Source of the DNA: Candidatus Latescibacterota bacterium
Lineage (GTDB): Bacteria; Latescibacterota; UBA2968
NCBI GenBank assembly: GCA_038279365.1
Contig: JAYODI010000057.1
Span: forward strand, 15,094 to 39,263
Direction of reading: 5' to 3'
DNA length: 24,170 bases
Below the pieces are notes generated by a model. That model saw only the letters and a program-made list of their open reading frames with translations. It had not been told where the DNA came from and did no database searches. Below are positions 1-8,009 of this stretch, in pieces (the stretch's first letter is position 1; each line of letters opens with the position of its first letter). Made by a program: the position numbers and the translations under genes.

Positions 1-86
1 ATATTGTATTGTTTTTTTGAAGGTTATTTGTTTTTGGAATAAATATTCGAATATTTATTCGAATGCTTGGAATATTCCGCAGGTGT

Positions 87-536
87 TTAAAGCCAGTCCA
101 ATTCTTCTGCAACCGATTCTAAATCGGCACTGTTTTGTGCTTGATTGTAACGGTCTGGGTTCCAAATTTCGATCTTGTCAATCACGCCTGATAAGGTGGC
201 TCGGTCGGAAATTTCACCCAAGTCGAGCAACTTTTTAGGAATTAAAATACGCCCTTGGCGGTCAATTTTGACCTCTGCTGCACGACCAGCAAGTCGTCTA
301 ACCAATTGTCTTGTTTGACGTTGTGAGCGATCAAGGCCACGTAGTTCTTGAATGAGTTGCGTCCAACCCTCGGGGTCAAAAGCGGCCAAACAACCTTCAA
401 ACCATTCGGCAACAATGAGGGATGTGATGCCTTGTGGCAATGCCTTTCGGAATGCGGCTGGTACAATAAGACGGCCCTTGGGATCGATGGGTGCATCTTC
501 ATATTCACCGATAAATTGAGGGCGCGTTTCGGACAT
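87..536 (-). CDS. mraZ: Division/cell wall cluster transcriptional repressor MraZ
   Basis: Two SpoVT-AbrB repeats with DPKGRLIVP and IDRQGRILIP motifs, and C-terminal KIEIW. MraZ-type boxes lie upstream. Confidence 0.97.
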   Translation of the reverse strand: MSETRPQFIGEYEDAPIDPKGRLIVPAAFRKALPQGITSLIVAEWFEGCLAAFDPEGWTQLIQELRGLDRSQRQTRQLVRRLAGRAAEVKIDRQGRILIPKKLLDLGEISDRATLSGVIDKIEIWNPDRYNQAQNSADLESVAEELDWL

Positions 537-589
537 TTTTAAACTCGAATTTTTGTAAGATAATGATTTTTAATGTTTTACGTTACTCA

Positions 590-625
590 TTCACAATCCC
601 CCACTATGCCCCACTTTCACCCACC
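590..625 (-). promoter_or_regulatory. MraZ operator: GTGGG direct repeats with 10-bp period
   Basis: The + strand has CCCAC at 600-604, 610-614 and 620-624, plus a degenerate TTCAC at 590-594. This reads GTGGG-N5 on the mraZ strand and matches the known MraZ binding-site layout. Confidence 0.85.
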
Positions 626-626
626 A

Positions 627-655
627 AACTTAGCGATTTGATATATAAATGTCAA
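627..655 (-). promoter_or_regulatory. Sigma70-type promoter of mraZ/dcw cluster
   Basis: Minus strand TTGACA (655-650), 17 bp, TAAGTT (632-627), directly upstream of the GTGGG boxes. Confidence 0.7.
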
Positions 656-738
656 GATTTTTCTCCCTTATCTTTAAAAAAAACAATACACAGTGCCCTT
701 TTGGGCATATAGATTTTTATGGTGGTTTTTGGTGCCAG

Positions 739-767
739 TTGACGCAAAACGGTTGGTGATGTATTTT
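739..767 (+). promoter_or_regulatory. Putative sigma70-type promoter of the lipoprotein gene
   Basis: TTGACG (739-744), 17 bp, TATTTT (762-767). Confidence 0.5.
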
Positions 768-831
768 GGAGCGCAAAGTTGAAATGGTTGTTGCTCTGGG
801 TGATATTTGAGTAGGCGGTTTTGATTGCGAG

Positions 832-1200
832 GTGATGGTGATGTGGATATTGATTTTGATGCTTGGATGTGTGGTTGGGTGTGCTGAGCAGAAGGTGCCA
901 CAAGAGGGACTTACGGAGGCGCAGTTTGTGGATGTGTGTGTGGATGTGCTGGCACTTCAAGCAGATGAATTGCTTGTGTCAGATAGCTTGCTTGTGGCAC
1001 GTGATCGGGTCTATCAAAAGCATGGCATTACAAAAGCGGATGTGGTTCGGTTTATAGATCAGCGCAAGGCAGATCCTCAGGCGTGGGAATCTGTGATAGG
1101 GTTGCTCAAGGCTCAGTTGGGTGAGCAGGCCGATATACCTCTCAGGGCTTTTCAGCAGACAAAAATGGATTCTATAAAAAACAAAAACCCCGAACAATAA
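832..1200 (+). CDS. Small lipoprotein, DUF4296-like
   Basis: Hydrophobic N-terminus with lipobox VVGC, then a helical domain with a 'VYQKHGITKADVVRF...P..W' pattern reminiscent of DUF4296. The exact start is uncertain. Confidence 0.65.
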   Translation: MMVMWILILMLGCVVGCAEQKVPQEGLTEAQFVDVCVDVLALQADELLVSDSLLVARDRVYQKHGITKADVVRFIDQRKADPQAWESVIGLLKAQLGEQADIPLRAFQQTKMDSIKNKNPEQ

Positions 1201-1219
1201 AATTGTTCGGGGTTTTTTT
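1183..1219. terminator. Bidirectional intrinsic terminator
   Basis: AAAAACCCCGAACAAT-aaa-ATTGTTCGGGGTTTTTTT, a perfect inverted repeat with A/T tracts between convergent genes. Confidence 0.9.
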
Positions 1220-1241
1220 AAGGTTTATTTGGGTTTATGAC

Positions 1242-2531
1242 TTATCCAAAGAGGCGACCGATGTCGTTGAATGTGACATATATGATGAGAAAGAGCAAAA
1301 AGACGAACCCCACTTGCTGCAAAATTTCTTTGTGACGGCTGGAGAGATCTCGTCTGGAAATGGCTTCGATGCTTAAGATGAGCAAATGGCCACCATCGAG
1401 CATGGGGATGGGCAAGAGGTTGAGCACACCTAAGTTGATGCTGAGCATGGCCATAAACCACATCAGATGGGAAAACCCGCGTTCTGCACTTTGGCCAACC
1501 ATTTGAAAAATGCCCACAGGACCTGCCAATTGTTTGCTGGATTCTTGGCCCACAACGAGGCGTTTGACAAAACCGAAGATGGCCGTTGAGAGGCGAATGG
1601 TTTCTTCGCCACTTCTTACAAATGCTTTGCCAACTGGAATGGGGGTGCGTTTGGAGGCGGTGTTGATGCCAATGCGCCCAATGGTTTCTTCACCATCGGC
1701 TTGCCCGTCGGGGGTGATGGCGGCTGACATTTGGGTGCCGTTTCTGATCCAGGTAATTTCAATGGATTCATTAGGGCGTTTTGATATTTCACGGCTCATC
1801 TCCCACCACATGGTCACGGGTACACCTGCCACGGACGTAATGACATCGCCGGGTTGTAAACCAATGGTTTCGGCAGGCATGCCTGGCATGGTGGCGCCGA
1901 CTTCGGTGGTCATGTAAGGACCAATACCCAAGCTTTCGGGGGTATTGGTTAAATCTACGGTGAGTACCTCTTGTGTTGTACCGCGTTCTACGGCAATGGC
2001 AACACTTTTTCCCATGTGGCCTAAAAAGGCGTCTGACATGTCTTCCCAGTCGGTAATGGGCAGGTTGCCAACAGATAGGATGCGGTCACCAGGCAACAGA
2101 CCTGCACTGTGAAGAGGAGATGCTTCTTGCACTTCGCCAATGCGGGTGTCGTTGAGAAATTCGTATTCACCAGCGGCCAAGCGCACGCCAAATAAGAGTA
2201 AAAAGCCCAAGAGGAAATTCATAAAAGGGCCTGCGATCATCACAGACATTTGCATCCAGCGGGGTTTGGATTGAAACTCCCAGGGTTGGCCCTGGGCTTC
2301 TTCATGCCCAAAGTCGGCCATGCCGGCTATTTTGACATAGCCTCCCAATGGGAGCCACGACAGGCAATATTCTGTTTCGCCCACTTTGATGCCCACGGCT
2401 TTGGGTGGGTAACCGAGCGAAAATTCTTCTACTTTCATGCCCGATTTTTTGGCAACTAAGAAGTGCCCCAGTTCGTGAACAAAAACCAAGACGCCCAAAA
2501 CAAAGATGAATGCGAGTATAGATGTGATCAA
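1242..2531 (-). CDS. rseP: RIP metalloprotease RseP
   Basis: HELGH zinc motif, LPLGGYVKI, GPFMN, two PDZ domains, NLLPIPMLDGGH. Located downstream of dxr. Confidence 0.97.
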   Translation of the reverse strand: MITSILAFIFVLGVLVFVHELGHFLVAKKSGMKVEEFSLGYPPKAVGIKVGETEYCLSWLPLGGYVKIAGMADFGHEEAQGQPWEFQSKPRWMQMSVMIAGPFMNFLLGFLLLFGVRLAAGEYEFLNDTRIGEVQEASPLHSAGLLPGDRILSVGNLPITDWEDMSDAFLGHMGKSVAIAVERGTTQEVLTVDLTNTPESLGIGPYMTTEVGATMPGMPAETIGLQPGDVITSVAGVPVTMWWEMSREISKRPNESIEITWIRNGTQMSAAITPDGQADGEETIGRIGINTASKRTPIPVGKAFVRSGEETIRLSTAIFGFVKRLVVGQESSKQLAGPVGIFQMVGQSAERGFSHLMWFMAMLSINLGVLNLLPIPMLDGGHLLILSIEAISRRDLSSRHKEILQQVGFVFLLFLIIYVTFNDIGRLFG

Positions 2532-2588
2532 GAGAACCCTCGTTGGTTAAATAGTGAGACGTTTTGTCGGTTTAGATCATATGTTTGT

Positions 2589-2619
2589 CAGGTCACAGGT
2601 CGCAGATCACAGGTCAAGA
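2589..2619. repeat. Heptamer tandem repeat (CAGGTCA-type)
   Basis: CAGGTCA CAGGTCG CAGATCA CAGGTCA in the rseP-dxr intergenic region. Confidence 0.75.
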
Positions 2620-2723
2620 CCTCCTGATTTGCTGATGTATGACCGTTTGGGTGGATCTGAACGGTGGGATTGTTCGGATTTTGTATCTTACCGAGTTAAA
2701 ATAACAAATATCAACGTTTTTGA

Positions 2724-3878
2724 CTACTCTTGGTGTTTTTGAACGAGTTTTTGGGTGTGTTTGCGGGCCCAATGATCGGCATCGAAGATGGCTTCGATTT
2801 CGGTTGCAGAGGTGGGGGTGTGGTCTTCGAGCGCTTGTTGGATGATGGTGGGTATGTCAAGAAATCTGATGCGGTTTTCGAGGAAGGCATATACGGCAAT
2901 TTCATTGGCTGCATTGAGTACAGCAGGTGCTGTGCCACCCATTTGAACGGTGTCGTAAGCCAGTTGGAGGCAGGGAAATCGGTCTGTATCGGGTTCAAAA
3001 AAGCTCAGTGTACCCACTTTTGCCAAGTTAAGTGGTTCAATTGGGGAGGGCAGTTTTTCGGGATGAACCAGCGCTTGATGGATGGGCAAGCGCATATCTG
3101 GGGTGCTTAAGTGGGCCATGAGGCCAAAATCGACATATTCGATGAGGCAGTGAACAATCGACTGGCGGTGAATGATCACATCTACTTTGGAAACGGGAAG
3201 GTCGAGAAACCATTGGGCTTCAATGACTTCAAACCCTTTATTCATGAGCGTAGCAGAATCGATGGTGATTTTGGGACCCATTTGCCAGGTGGGGTGGTTA
3301 AGGGCCTGATCGCGTGTGACACTGACCATTTGTTCTTTGGACCACTCAAAAAATGGACCACCCGATGCGGGCAATAAGATGCGTTTGATATCTTTGCGGT
3401 CGGTTTCTTGAAGGGTTTGCCACAAGGGCGTGGTTTCGCTGTCGAGTGGCAATAGGGCAGAACCCGTTTTTTGAGCCCATTGGGTAATGAGATGGCCTGC
3501 AACAACCAGTGTTTCTTTGTTGGCAATGGCCACATCGGTGCCTTTTTGCACTGCGGCCAGAGTGGGGCGCAACCCCACACCTGCGGCCAAGCCATTGATG
3601 ACCAAATCAACTTCAGGATCGGCGGCCAGTTCCTCTAAGCCTTTTTCACCTTGAACGACTTCAATGCCCAAGGGTCTGAGTTGGGATGTTATGTCAGTGG
3701 CATTTTCGGCAGCATAAACACGCTTGGGGCGCAATTTTTTGGCCTGTTCTAAAAGTAAGGCGGTGTTGCGCCCTGCGGCCAAGCTGATGAGTTCAAAACG
3801 GTCTGGATAGGCATTGAGTACATCAATGGTGCTGGTGCCAATGGAACCGGTTGAACCTAAAAGAGAGACTCGTTTCAT
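2724..3878 (-). CDS. dxr: 1-deoxy-D-xylulose-5-phosphate reductoisomerase
   Basis: LGSTGSIG, ANKETLV, LPLDSE, HPTWQMGPKITIDSATLMNKGFEVIEA, PDMRLPI, NAANE motifs. Confidence 0.98.
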   Translation of the reverse strand: MKRVSLLGSTGSIGTSTIDVLNAYPDRFELISLAAGRNTALLLEQAKKLRPKRVYAAENATDITSQLRPLGIEVVQGEKGLEELAADPEVDLVINGLAAGVGLRPTLAAVQKGTDVAIANKETLVVAGHLITQWAQKTGSALLPLDSETTPLWQTLQETDRKDIKRILLPASGGPFFEWSKEQMVSVTRDQALNHPTWQMGPKITIDSATLMNKGFEVIEAQWFLDLPVSKVDVIIHRQSIVHCLIEYVDFGLMAHLSTPDMRLPIHQALVHPEKLPSPIEPLNLAKVGTLSFFEPDTDRFPCLQLAYDTVQMGGTAPAVLNAANEIAVYAFLENRIRFLDIPTIIQQALEDHTPTSATEIEAIFDADHWARKHTQKLVQKHQE

Positions 3879-3889
3879 AAATTAGAGGC

Positions 3890-3980
3890 TGGCAAATGGC
3901 AAATGGCAAAGGTGCAGCAGGCATCAAATTGGGCGGTTGGACTGGGGGTTTTGCCGTTTCACGTTTGCCGTTTCACGTTT
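3890..3980. repeat. Inverted heptamer-repeat cassette (GGCAAAT / TTTGCCG-TTTCACG)
   Basis: (TGGCAAA)x3 at 3890-3910 faces TTTGCCG TTTCACG TTTGCCG TTTCACG at 3950-3980. Confidence 0.8.
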
Positions 3981-4783
3981 TAAGGGTTTATGATTTGTAA
4001 GTATAAATAGACAAGTGGAAAAACAAAAAAGACACTGTCAAATCGATCAAGTATACCACCGTGACCGGGAATGAGTTCGGAGGTGTCTTTGACACCGATA
4101 TCGCGTTTGATCATGGATTCGATCAGGTCGCCGATGGGGGCGCCGATGCCAATGATGAGACCGAGGATGAGACCTTGATCTAAGGGCAATAATGCCCAAG
4201 TACTGGTGCCCCAAGCCGTGGCACCTACAGCGGCAAGGATGCCTCCAATAAACCCAGCTTCGGTTTTGCCTGGGCTTATTTGGGGAATGGGGTGCCATCG
4301 GCCAAATGTGCGACCAGAGAAATAGGCGAAAACATCGGATGCCCAGATACCGACTAAAATAAGCAGAGCAAAAAGATCGCTGTTGGGATGGGGGTGGTTG
4401 CGCACCAAGATGACAAAACTGCCTAAAAAGCCAACATAAACAATGGCGAGGAGGGTGCCACTGGCATTGGCCAAGCGCAACCCGGTTTCACCTGTGAAGA
4501 GTGCGATGATCAGCAACAGGATAAAAAGTATGGGAAAAAAGGTTGCCCAAATTTGGAGTGTGTAAAAAAAAGCAAGCCCGCACCAAATAAGACTGGCTGT
4601 TGTGGCAACAATGGTCCAAGGGTGGAGCCCTTTGACGCGCAACATCTGACAAAACTCGCGGGTGCCAATGGCTACGATGAGACCAACAGCAAGGAGCAAT
4701 GGCAGATTGCCATACCAAAATAAGGCCAATAATGCGGGGCCAAATAATGCTGCGGCTAAGACGCGTTGGATCAAATTGGACAT
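3980..4783 (-). CDS. cdsA: Phosphatidate cytidylyltransferase
   Basis: Multi-TM protein with SDVFAY, ISPGKT, GDLIESMIKRDIGVKDTSELIPGHGGILDRFDS. ATG at 4783 is preceded by GGGAGGG. Confidence 0.96.
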   Translation of the reverse strand: MSNLIQRVLAAALFGPALLALFWYGNLPLLLAVGLIVAIGTREFCQMLRVKGLHPWTIVATTASLIWCGLAFFYTLQIWATFFPILFILLLIIALFTGETGLRLANASGTLLAIVYVGFLGSFVILVRNHPHPNSDLFALLILVGIWASDVFAYFSGRTFGRWHPIPQISPGKTEAGFIGGILAAVGATAWGTSTWALLPLDQGLILGLIIGIGAPIGDLIESMIKRDIGVKDTSELIPGHGGILDRFDSVFFVFPLVYLYLQIINP

Positions 4784-4875
4784 GATCCCTCCCACCAAAA
4801 AACGAGGCTGGACAATAGAAAATCCAGCCTTTTAGAGCCTGTGATATAAAGACGCCAGGTGATACGATTTGGCGT

Positions 4876-5658
4876 TTATGGTGTGCCGTTTTTGTTCAGG
4901 GTTTCTTGTTGGAGTTGGATACCCGTTTTTCCGTAGCGCCGTTCGCGTTTTTGAAAGTTGCGAATGGCTTCATAGAGGTGTTCGCGTCTAAAGTCGGGCC
5001 AAAAGACATCGGTAAACCAAAATTCGGTGTATGCACATTGCCAAAGCATAAAGTTGCTTAAGCGCACTTCGCCACTGGTGCGAATGAGCAAATCGGGATC
5101 GGGCAAGTTTCCGGTATACAATTTTTGAGCAAATCGGTCTGCATCAATATCTTTGGGATTGAGATGGCCTTGTTGGGCTTCTTCGGCAAGTTTTCGAACA
5201 GCTTGTAAGATGTCACTTTTGCCATCGTAACTCAACGCCAAATTGAGGGTGAGCCCTGTGTTGTTTGCCGTTTGTTTCATGGCTTGTTCGAGTGCCAAAC
5301 GAGATTGTTTGACGAGGCGGTTAATATCCCCTGTGGCCGTGAGGCGTACGTTGTTTTCTTGTAATTCTTTGAGTTCTTCACGCGAACAATCGCGTAGCAA
5401 TTGCATGAGTGAGAGGATTTCAGACCAGGGGCGTCGCCAATTATCTGTGCCAAATGTGAACAGGGTTAAGATGTCAACTTGAAGTTCGCCACAAACCCGC
5501 ACGATATCACGCACGGTTTCACGTGCCGAGCGGTGACCATCTGAACGGCGCAAATCGCGGCTTTGTGCCCAACGCCCGTTGCCATCCATAATAATGGCAA
5601 TGTGTTTGGGCAATTTACCGGATGCTTTGAGTTCGGATTGGATGTCGGTATCGGTCAT
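4876..5658 (-). CDS. uppS: Undecaprenyl diphosphate synthase (isoprenyl transferase)
   Basis: PKHIAIIMDGNGRWA, DLLIRTSGEVRLSNFMLWQ, RERRYG. Start placed at MTDTDIQ (5658) because the upstream extension is AT-rich intergenic sequence. Confidence 0.96.
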   Translation of the reverse strand: MTDTDIQSELKASGKLPKHIAIIMDGNGRWAQSRDLRRSDGHRSARETVRDIVRVCGELQVDILTLFTFGTDNWRRPWSEILSLMQLLRDCSREELKELQENNVRLTATGDINRLVKQSRLALEQAMKQTANNTGLTLNLALSYDGKSDILQAVRKLAEEAQQGHLNPKDIDADRFAQKLYTGNLPDPDLLIRTSGEVRLSNFMLWQCAYTEFWFTDVFWPDFRREHLYEAIRNFQKRERRYGKTGIQLQQETLNKNGTP

Positions 5659-5833
5659 AAAAACAAAAAAGAAAATGTGAAGCAAAAATATGCTATTATT
5701 ATGAGATAAAAAATTGTAATAGTGTAATTTATCGGTGCATAGAGTCAAAGTCAAGGGAACTTTTGGCAAACAGTAGGATGGTTTGATGGTGTTGAAGCAA
5801 TGAAACAAAACACAGAATGTAACCGACCAATGG

Positions 5834-6415
5834 ATGTCTTTATTTATGGATAAGGATTATTTGCGACAGGTGATGCGGGCCAAACGAGACCAGGTTGCTC
5901 CGTCTATTATATATGAAGCGTGCCAAACCATTCATGAACAGGTTATTGCTTATCCCATTTTTCAAACCTCTCACCATGTGGCTTGTTATGTGTCAGTAGG
6001 CCAGGAGGTGGATACACATCGGCTTATTGTATCTGCCTTGGCGATGGGAAAACAGGTATATGTACCTGTGACTCAAAAAAAGGGTGTGATGCACTTTCAG
6101 GAGATATCGGAATTGGATGAATTACGCCCTGTTCGGTTTGGATTGTTGGAACCTGTTTATCAAGCCGAGAAGGTTGTTAGACCAGATGATTTGGATTTGG
6201 TGATTGTGCCGGGTATTGCTTTTGATCGGCAAGGCAATCGTTTGGGGTTTGGGGGCGGGTTTTACGATCGGTTTTTGGCCCAGTGTGCGGCGACAACTGT
6301 GGGGTTGGCTTATGCGTTTCAGGTGATCGATGCGGTGCCAGCAGAAAACCATGACGTGCAGATGGATGGGGTGGTAACAGAAGGTGAGGTGATTTTATGT
6401 CGGAAGAGAACATAA
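5834..6415 (+). CDS. ygfA: 5-formyltetrahydrofolate cyclo-ligase
   Basis: EVDT, FGLLEP, DLVIVPGIAFDRQGNRLGFGGGFYDRFL, HDVQMDGVVTE. Confidence 0.95.
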   Translation: MSLFMDKDYLRQVMRAKRDQVAPSIIYEACQTIHEQVIAYPIFQTSHHVACYVSVGQEVDTHRLIVSALAMGKQVYVPVTQKKGVMHFQEISELDELRPVRFGLLEPVYQAEKVVRPDDLDLVIVPGIAFDRQGNRLGFGGGFYDRFLAQCAATTVGLAYAFQVIDAVPAENHDVQMDGVVTEGEVILCRKRT

Positions 6416-6771
6416 AAAAGGTAGAGAAACATTCGCGTATTGTGGATGGCAAACGACATGTGTGGTACACACCGCGTTTGTGGGCGTTGTCAGAAGGATT
6501 ACCCATGATAGAGGTGGCTGTTGAGTCTGTGGGTGCTTTGGATGTGGATTGTTGGTTTTTACCTGGCACAGAACCAACGATTCGCAATGTGGCACAACAC
6601 TGTAAGCGAATAATGGAGGCTGATTTTTGTTACCCCATCATTTTACATTCGGATGGCAGTTTGATGGATGGTGGGCATCGGGTGGCCAAGGCACTGATTC
6701 AAGGATTGGATAAAATTAAGGCTGTGCGTTTTGATGTGACACCAGAACCCGATGAGATTCGAGAAGCTTGA
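6397..6771 (+). CDS. Small hypothetical protein with ParB/Srx-like motif
   Basis: PIILHSDGSLMDGGHRVAKA resembles the ParB-N/sulfiredoxin PI..-DGxHR motif. SD GAGGTG upstream. Overlaps the ygfA end. Confidence 0.65.
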   Translation: MSEENIKKVEKHSRIVDGKRHVWYTPRLWALSEGLPMIEVAVESVGALDVDCWFLPGTEPTIRNVAQHCKRIMEADFCYPIILHSDGSLMDGGHRVAKALIQGLDKIKAVRFDVTPEPDEIREA

Positions 6772-6784
6772 GAGGAGTTTTTTT

Positions 6785-7573
6785 ATGAGCAATGTACTTT
6801 CTCCTGCACAATTGCGAGCGGTTTTGGAGAAACATCAGTTGTGGGTTGAATCACGTGGGAAAGAAGGCGAACAAGCCGATTTGAGTGGTGCCAATTTGAA
6901 TCGGGCAGAGTTGCAAAATGCGGTTTTACAAGAAGCCAATTTGAGCGAGGCCATTTTGAGTGGGGCACAATTGCAAGGTGCCAATTTGTGCCGCGTCAAT
7001 TTGCAACGTGCACGATTGTTGCAAGCCAATTTGAGTGGCGCAAATTTGGAAGGGGCTGACTTGAGCGGCTCATTTTGCCAAAATGCCCTGTTTCAGAAGA
7101 CCAACTTGAAGGGGGCTTTGGTTTCGCCAGCGGAATTGGGGTTGGCTGATTTGAGTGGTGCCAATTTGGAAGGGGTCAATTTTGAGCGGGCTGATTTGCA
7201 AGGATGTAATTTGCGGGGTGCCAATTGCAGAGAGGCGAATTTTTATAGGGCGAATTTGAAAGAGTCGATTTTGGTAAAGGTCAATTTTGAACGGGCGATA
7301 TTGCGATCATCCGATGTGCGCAAGTCTGATTTGACCGATGCAAACTTGAATGGGGCCAACTTACAAAGTGCCAAATTTCAGGAGACCGATTTGGTGAAGG
7401 TGGATTTGCGTGGGGCCAATATGCAAAAGGCACAATTGTTTAAGGCCGATATGTATAAAGCACACTTTGAAGGTGCCGATGTGCGCGGGGCGGATTTACG
7501 AGATGTGGTTGGTTTTGCCCAAAAGCATTTGGATTTGGTGACGTGGGATGAGAAGACGAAGTTGCGAGACTGA
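6785..7573 (+). CDS. Pentapeptide repeat protein
   Basis: Long run of A(D/N)LxX repeats after the typical N-terminal 'LEKHQLW...G' cap. ATG at 6785 follows AGGAG. Confidence 0.92.
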   Translation: MSNVLSPAQLRAVLEKHQLWVESRGKEGEQADLSGANLNRAELQNAVLQEANLSEAILSGAQLQGANLCRVNLQRARLLQANLSGANLEGADLSGSFCQNALFQKTNLKGALVSPAELGLADLSGANLEGVNFERADLQGCNLRGANCREANFYRANLKESILVKVNFERAILRSSDVRKSDLTDANLNGANLQSAKFQETDLVKVDLRGANMQKAQLFKADMYKAHFEGADVRGADLRDVVGFAQKHLDLVTWDEKTKLRD

Positions 7574-7601
7574 GTGGTTTTGGCCAATATGAATCCAAAA
7601 C

Positions 7602-7630
7602 TTGACACAATTTATAAAAACCTCTATTTT
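7602..7630 (+). promoter_or_regulatory. Sigma70-type promoter of ileS leader
   Basis: TTGACA (7602-7607), 17 bp, TATTTT (7625-7630). Confidence 0.65.
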
Positions 7631-7668
7631 TAGAGCCACTTATGATACACTTTGAAATGGATTAGGTT

Positions 7669-7803
7669 ATGAAAATGGAAATGACATCCTCAACATTGCG
7701 AAAGGGTTCCGCCCAGGTGACAGGTTTGCTGACACCGGGCAGTTCTATTGGAGGGATACGCGTAACCGCATGGGGCTCGCTTGGGGTGTGTCGTTTGTCG
7801 TAA
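7669..7803 (+). CDS. Candidate ileS leader peptide (44 aa)
   Basis: ORF MKMEMTSSTLRKGSAQVTGLLTPGSSIGGIRVTAWGSLGVCRLS*, with Ile codons ATT (7747) and ATA (7756). The stop lies just before the leader terminator. Confidence 0.4.
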   Translation: MKMEMTSSTLRKGSAQVTGLLTPGSSIGGIRVTAWGSLGVCRLS

Positions 7804-7824
7804 ACGATATGTGTTGTAATGGAT

Positions 7825-7860
7825 ACCGCCAGGCAATTTGTCGTGGCGGTTTTTTTATTT
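7825..7860 (+). terminator. Leader (attenuator) terminator upstream of ileS
   Basis: ACCGCCAGGCAA-t-TTGTCGTGGCGGT followed by TTTTTTATTT, between the promoter and ileS. Confidence 0.8.
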
Positions 7861-7865
7861 GGGGC

Positions 7866-7953
7866 AGGCAAACGGCAAATGTGAAACGGCAAAAGCCCCA
7901 GCCCAATATCACCAAAGTGTGATGATGGTTGTACGTTTGCCGTCTGCCGTTTT
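7866..7953. repeat. Inverted heptamer-repeat cassette (AACGGCA/AATGTGA)
   Basis: AGGCAAACGGCAAATGTGAAACGGCAAA faces ACGTTTGCCGTCTGCCGTTTT. It closely matches the reverse complement of the 3937-3973 region. Confidence 0.75.
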
Positions 7954-8009
7954 ATCGAAGCGTAAATATATCAGGCGAAGTTTTGTGTCGGTCAGGATAA
8001 GGAGCTGTG

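Noticed and set aside
5659-5808. N-terminal extension of the uppS ORF
   Set aside because: Low-complexity translation of intergenic DNA. Family homology begins near MTDTDIQ.
5659-5833. 6S RNA (often upstream of ygfA)
   Set aside because: The region is short and AT-rich, lacks a long rod-like self-complementarity, and looks like a divergent promoter region.
6850-7500. 15-bp periodic DNA repeats (GCCAATTTG...) resembling an array
   Set aside because: Fully explained by pentapeptide-repeat coding. There is no repeat-spacer structure, so it is not CRISPR.
7680-7860. T-box riboswitch upstream of ileS
   Set aside because: The closest match, TGGATACC, is not the 7-nt UGGNACC bulge, has no proper antiterminator helix, and I see no clear AG-bulge or specifier-loop stem I. 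It is not called, though an Rfam scan should confirm.
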